DNA of 63,919 nucleotides, counting the filler, from Vicugna vicugna (lineage: Eukaryota): assembly GCA_013265495.1 (NCBI GenBank). It is 79 parts of 76 records of this genome, joined end to end, with 100 filler letters (N's around TTAATTAATTAA, not from the genome) between each part and the next. Parts side by side here need not be neighbours in the genome. Positions count along the whole stretch, not along the records: positions 61,430 to 61,827 come from MU057971.1; positions 61,928 to 62,195 come from MU057971.1; positions 62,296 to 63,064 come from PNXW01002582.1; positions 63,165 to 63,762 come from PNXW01002595.1; positions 63,863 to 63,919 come from MU058193.1; 74 more parts are not named here. One strand, 5' to 3'. The translations under genes and the position numbers were made by a program. The notes beneath the pieces were generated by a model, which did no database searches, had not been told where the DNA came from, and worked only from the letters and a program-made list of their open reading frames with translations. Positions 61,445 through 63,919 of this stretch are shown here, piece after piece; the first letter of the stretch is position 1, and every line of letters begins with the position of its first letter.

Positions 61445-62295
61445 GGAGGGCCAGCGATCCGCTCTGGGTTCTGCCAGAGAAGGTGGGGCAGGGAGGGAGC
61501 GAGAAGATGGGAGCAGGTTGAGAGGAGGGGAAAAGTGGAGGGAGACAGATGGACAGGAAGACCAGAGAGAAGGGAGGGATCTGGAGAGGGGAGGGTCATA
61601 GCGGAGATGGAGAGAAAAAGATTTACCTCTGGGGCACCCCGAAGGAGGCTGCAGACCTGCCTCTGTACCCTTCTGTAACCCTTCAAGGCCCGCAGCTCAC
61701 GCCGGGAAAAGGCACGATCTCAGCCTTAGCTCCACTGTCACAGGTGTTGGGCTGGTGGGGAGCGGGGTGGTACAAGATCAGAGCCCCAGACAGAGCAGAC
61801 TACCTGAGTGTTGGTGCAGTGCAGAGTNNNNNNNNNNNNNNNNNNNNNNNNNNNNNNNNNNNNNNNNNNNNTTAATTAATTAANNNNNNNNNNNNNNNNN
61901 NNNNNNNNNNNNNNNNNNNNNNNNNNNGTTATAAACAGAACACATCTTCAGGGCAAAACAGGCGGAGTGCTTTTCCAGCAGGCCAGACAGCTATGAAGGG
62001 TTTTTAATAGAGTCGTCCAGAAGCTGAGAGAGAAAGCCTTCAGGACACTACAAAAAGCTGTCCAAACTGCCTTCTCCATGGCACTACTGAAATAGGAAAG
62101 GGCAATTCTTACTCCATATTTGATTTGTTCTTTGATTTTAACAAAGCCCAGTTAATATGCTCCGGTGTTTTCATGGTTTATGATGTCACAGAGGANNNNN
62201 NNNNNNNNNNNNNNNNNNNNNNNNNNNNNNNNNNNNNNNTTAATTAATTAANNNNNNNNNNNNNNNNNNNNNNNNNNNNNNNNNNNNNNNNNNNN

Positions 62296-63000
62296 ACTCT
62301 GGAGGAAGAAATATGATGAGAATGTGGGCTTATGTTAAAACCACCACAGTCATCAACAACTATTCTGTGGGAGATGTTTAGAGGCTGTGTAACTGTCCTA
62401 TTTTCCTTCCAGTGTTGCCCACTGATTTCAACATTAATCAGTGGGTTGTGTTTGTCGCAGTTACTAGTGTAGTGTTCTAATGGTGATTTTCTATTTGCTC
62501 CATCTTTTCTATATTATTTGGAATTCTTCTTTAGCATTCTTTATCAGATTTGTCCCCCCTCTCCACATTTCTTTAATTATTTATTTAAATATATATGGAC
62601 TCCCAAAATTTGTTTTATTCTTTGGCTTATAATCCAGTAGTACCATTATTTATTTTATCATTCAAGTTGCTCGAGTTTCAGCCATTGGGGGCTCCTTCAG
62701 GTCAGATTCTGTATCTTTTTGGCATGCCCCCATATTTTTTCCCCCAACTGGCTTACTGTTTGGCACTGTACAATACTCCAGGTCCATCTTGTATTTTCTC
62801 TGCTTCAACACTTACATCAACCATTTCTCTAAGGAGTCCTAGGCCCTTTTTTTGTGGAAAATAGTATCGTGAAGCCAAGATTAAGGTGCTGGGTATAAGC
62901 ACTACTTCTGAGGGGTCATCATTTCTCGGCCCTTTCAGTGAATAGAGCTAGGAAGTATATGTTTATTTACTGAACCGTGTATAGGCATGTATCTATATGC
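62296..63000 (-). mobile_element. Old L1M-type 3' region fragment
   Basis: CCAAGATTAAGGTGCTGGGT..TTTCAGTGAATAGAGCTAGGAAGTATATG resembles the L1MC-type 3' UTR (from memory). Confidence 0.55.
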
Positions 63001-63419
63001 ATTTCATTATCTATCTGTCCATACTATAATCTCCAACTCTCTTATAGCCCTCACAAGTTTCATTNNNNNNNNNNNNNNNNNNNNNNNNNNNNNNNNNNNN
63101 NNNNNNNNTTAATTAATTAANNNNNNNNNNNNNNNNNNNNNNNNNNNNNNNNNNNNNNNNNNNNCCTGGGTGAGAATTATGAAAAATTATATGGTACCTC
63201 CATACATTCCGACAAGTGAGGGCCCCTTATTTACAAATGACCACAAAGTTACAGCACCACGTATTATCAACAGAACATGGGATCACGTGGTGACAGTGAC
63301 GCTCACCTGTTTGCTTCTGCTTCCCAGGGCAACTTCAGCCTCCGTCAGAGGACCTCAGCTGCCCCAGCGAACAGGGCATTCTGTACAGGGAATGGGCTCC
63401 TCCTCGAAGCATAGACAAG

Positions 63420-63572
63420 AAGCAGCCCTTAGATTTCCTCAGGTGAGCTGTTGTGGAGAGCACCCCAGTGGGAAGGGCTCAGGTTTGTCCTCATGAAAGC
63501 AGCCCTTAGATTTCCTCAGGTGAGCTGTTGTGGAGAGCACCCCAGTGGGAAGGGCTCAGGTTTGTCCTCATG
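63420..63572 (+). repeat. 77-bp exact tandem duplication, two copies
   Basis: AGCAGCCCTTAGATTTCCTCAGGTGAGC...GTCCTCATG starts at 63421 and 63498. Confidence 0.92.
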
Positions 63573-63862
63573 GCATCTGAGGGAGACAGTCCTCCAAGAG
63601 TGTTACCAACCAGGAAGCTCACAGGAGCACTGAGCTTTGTTGCCCCAAGTTTTACTGGAGGCTTTATTACAAAGACATGATTCATTGGGTCACTACCGAC
63701 ATGGCTAACCCAAACAATAACTGTAACTCAAACCTTTCCTTAGCCCTAACCGTTGAGCCCCTNNNNNNNNNNNNNNNNNNNNNNNNNNNNNNNNNNNNNN
63801 NNNNNNTTAATTAATTAANNNNNNNNNNNNNNNNNNNNNNNNNNNNNNNNNNNNNNNNNNNN

Positions 63863-63919
63863 AAGGGATTCAACTAGAACCCAGGCGCTGCTGTCACTTG
63901 GAGGAACTTCCCTGCACTC
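63863..63919 (+). repeat. Sat-C satellite fragment
   Basis: AAGGGATTCAACTAGAACCCAGGCGCTGCTGTCA matches the reverse complement of the Sat-C core. Confidence 0.8.

Noticed and set aside
939..63818. Regularly recurring TTAATTAATTAA as a CRISPR-like repeat or homeodomain-site array
   Set aside because: Always centred in 44+44 Ns; it is a six-frame-stop concatenation linker, not biology.
1..63919. Physical clustering of DUXC, HSFY, ERV and satellites as one system
   Set aside because: Every piece is a separate scaffold joined by artificial spacers, so order and adjacency carry no information.

Overview
This window is not a contiguous locus. It is a concatenation of about 79 short (0.2-1.2 kb), often internally gapped, unplaced mammalian scaffolds. 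Each join is an artificial 100-bp spacer (N44-TTAATTAATTAA-N44, stops in all six frames; I count about 78), so neighbouring pieces are not physically linked and most ORFs in the track are gap, linker or satellite artefacts. About half of the pieces are tandem satellite DNA of four kinds (my labels): GC-rich Sat-A (~267 bp), its diverged multi-monomer relative Sat-C (~254-268 bp), Sat-D (~247 bp) and AT-rich Sat-B (~741-bp trimer of ~247-bp monomers). There is also an (AGAATAT)n heptamer satellite with a 63-bp higher-order period. The rest is LINE-1, L2, MIR and ERV debris, a few paralogous pairs of pieces, and two recognisable gene fragments: an intact DUXC-like homeodomain-1 exon with both splice sites (4518-4672) and an intron-bearing HSFY-like pseudogene exon (52701-53014, minus). 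The organism is a laurasiatherian mammal, probably a camelid; this is an inference from the DUXC-type exon, artiodactyl-type L1 3' ends and my unverified recollection of a ~267-bp camelid satellite. I see no evidence of a new multi-gene system. The most novel observation is that all four long-period satellites appear, by eye, to descend from one ancestral ~250-270-bp monomer (A-C-D-B continuum).
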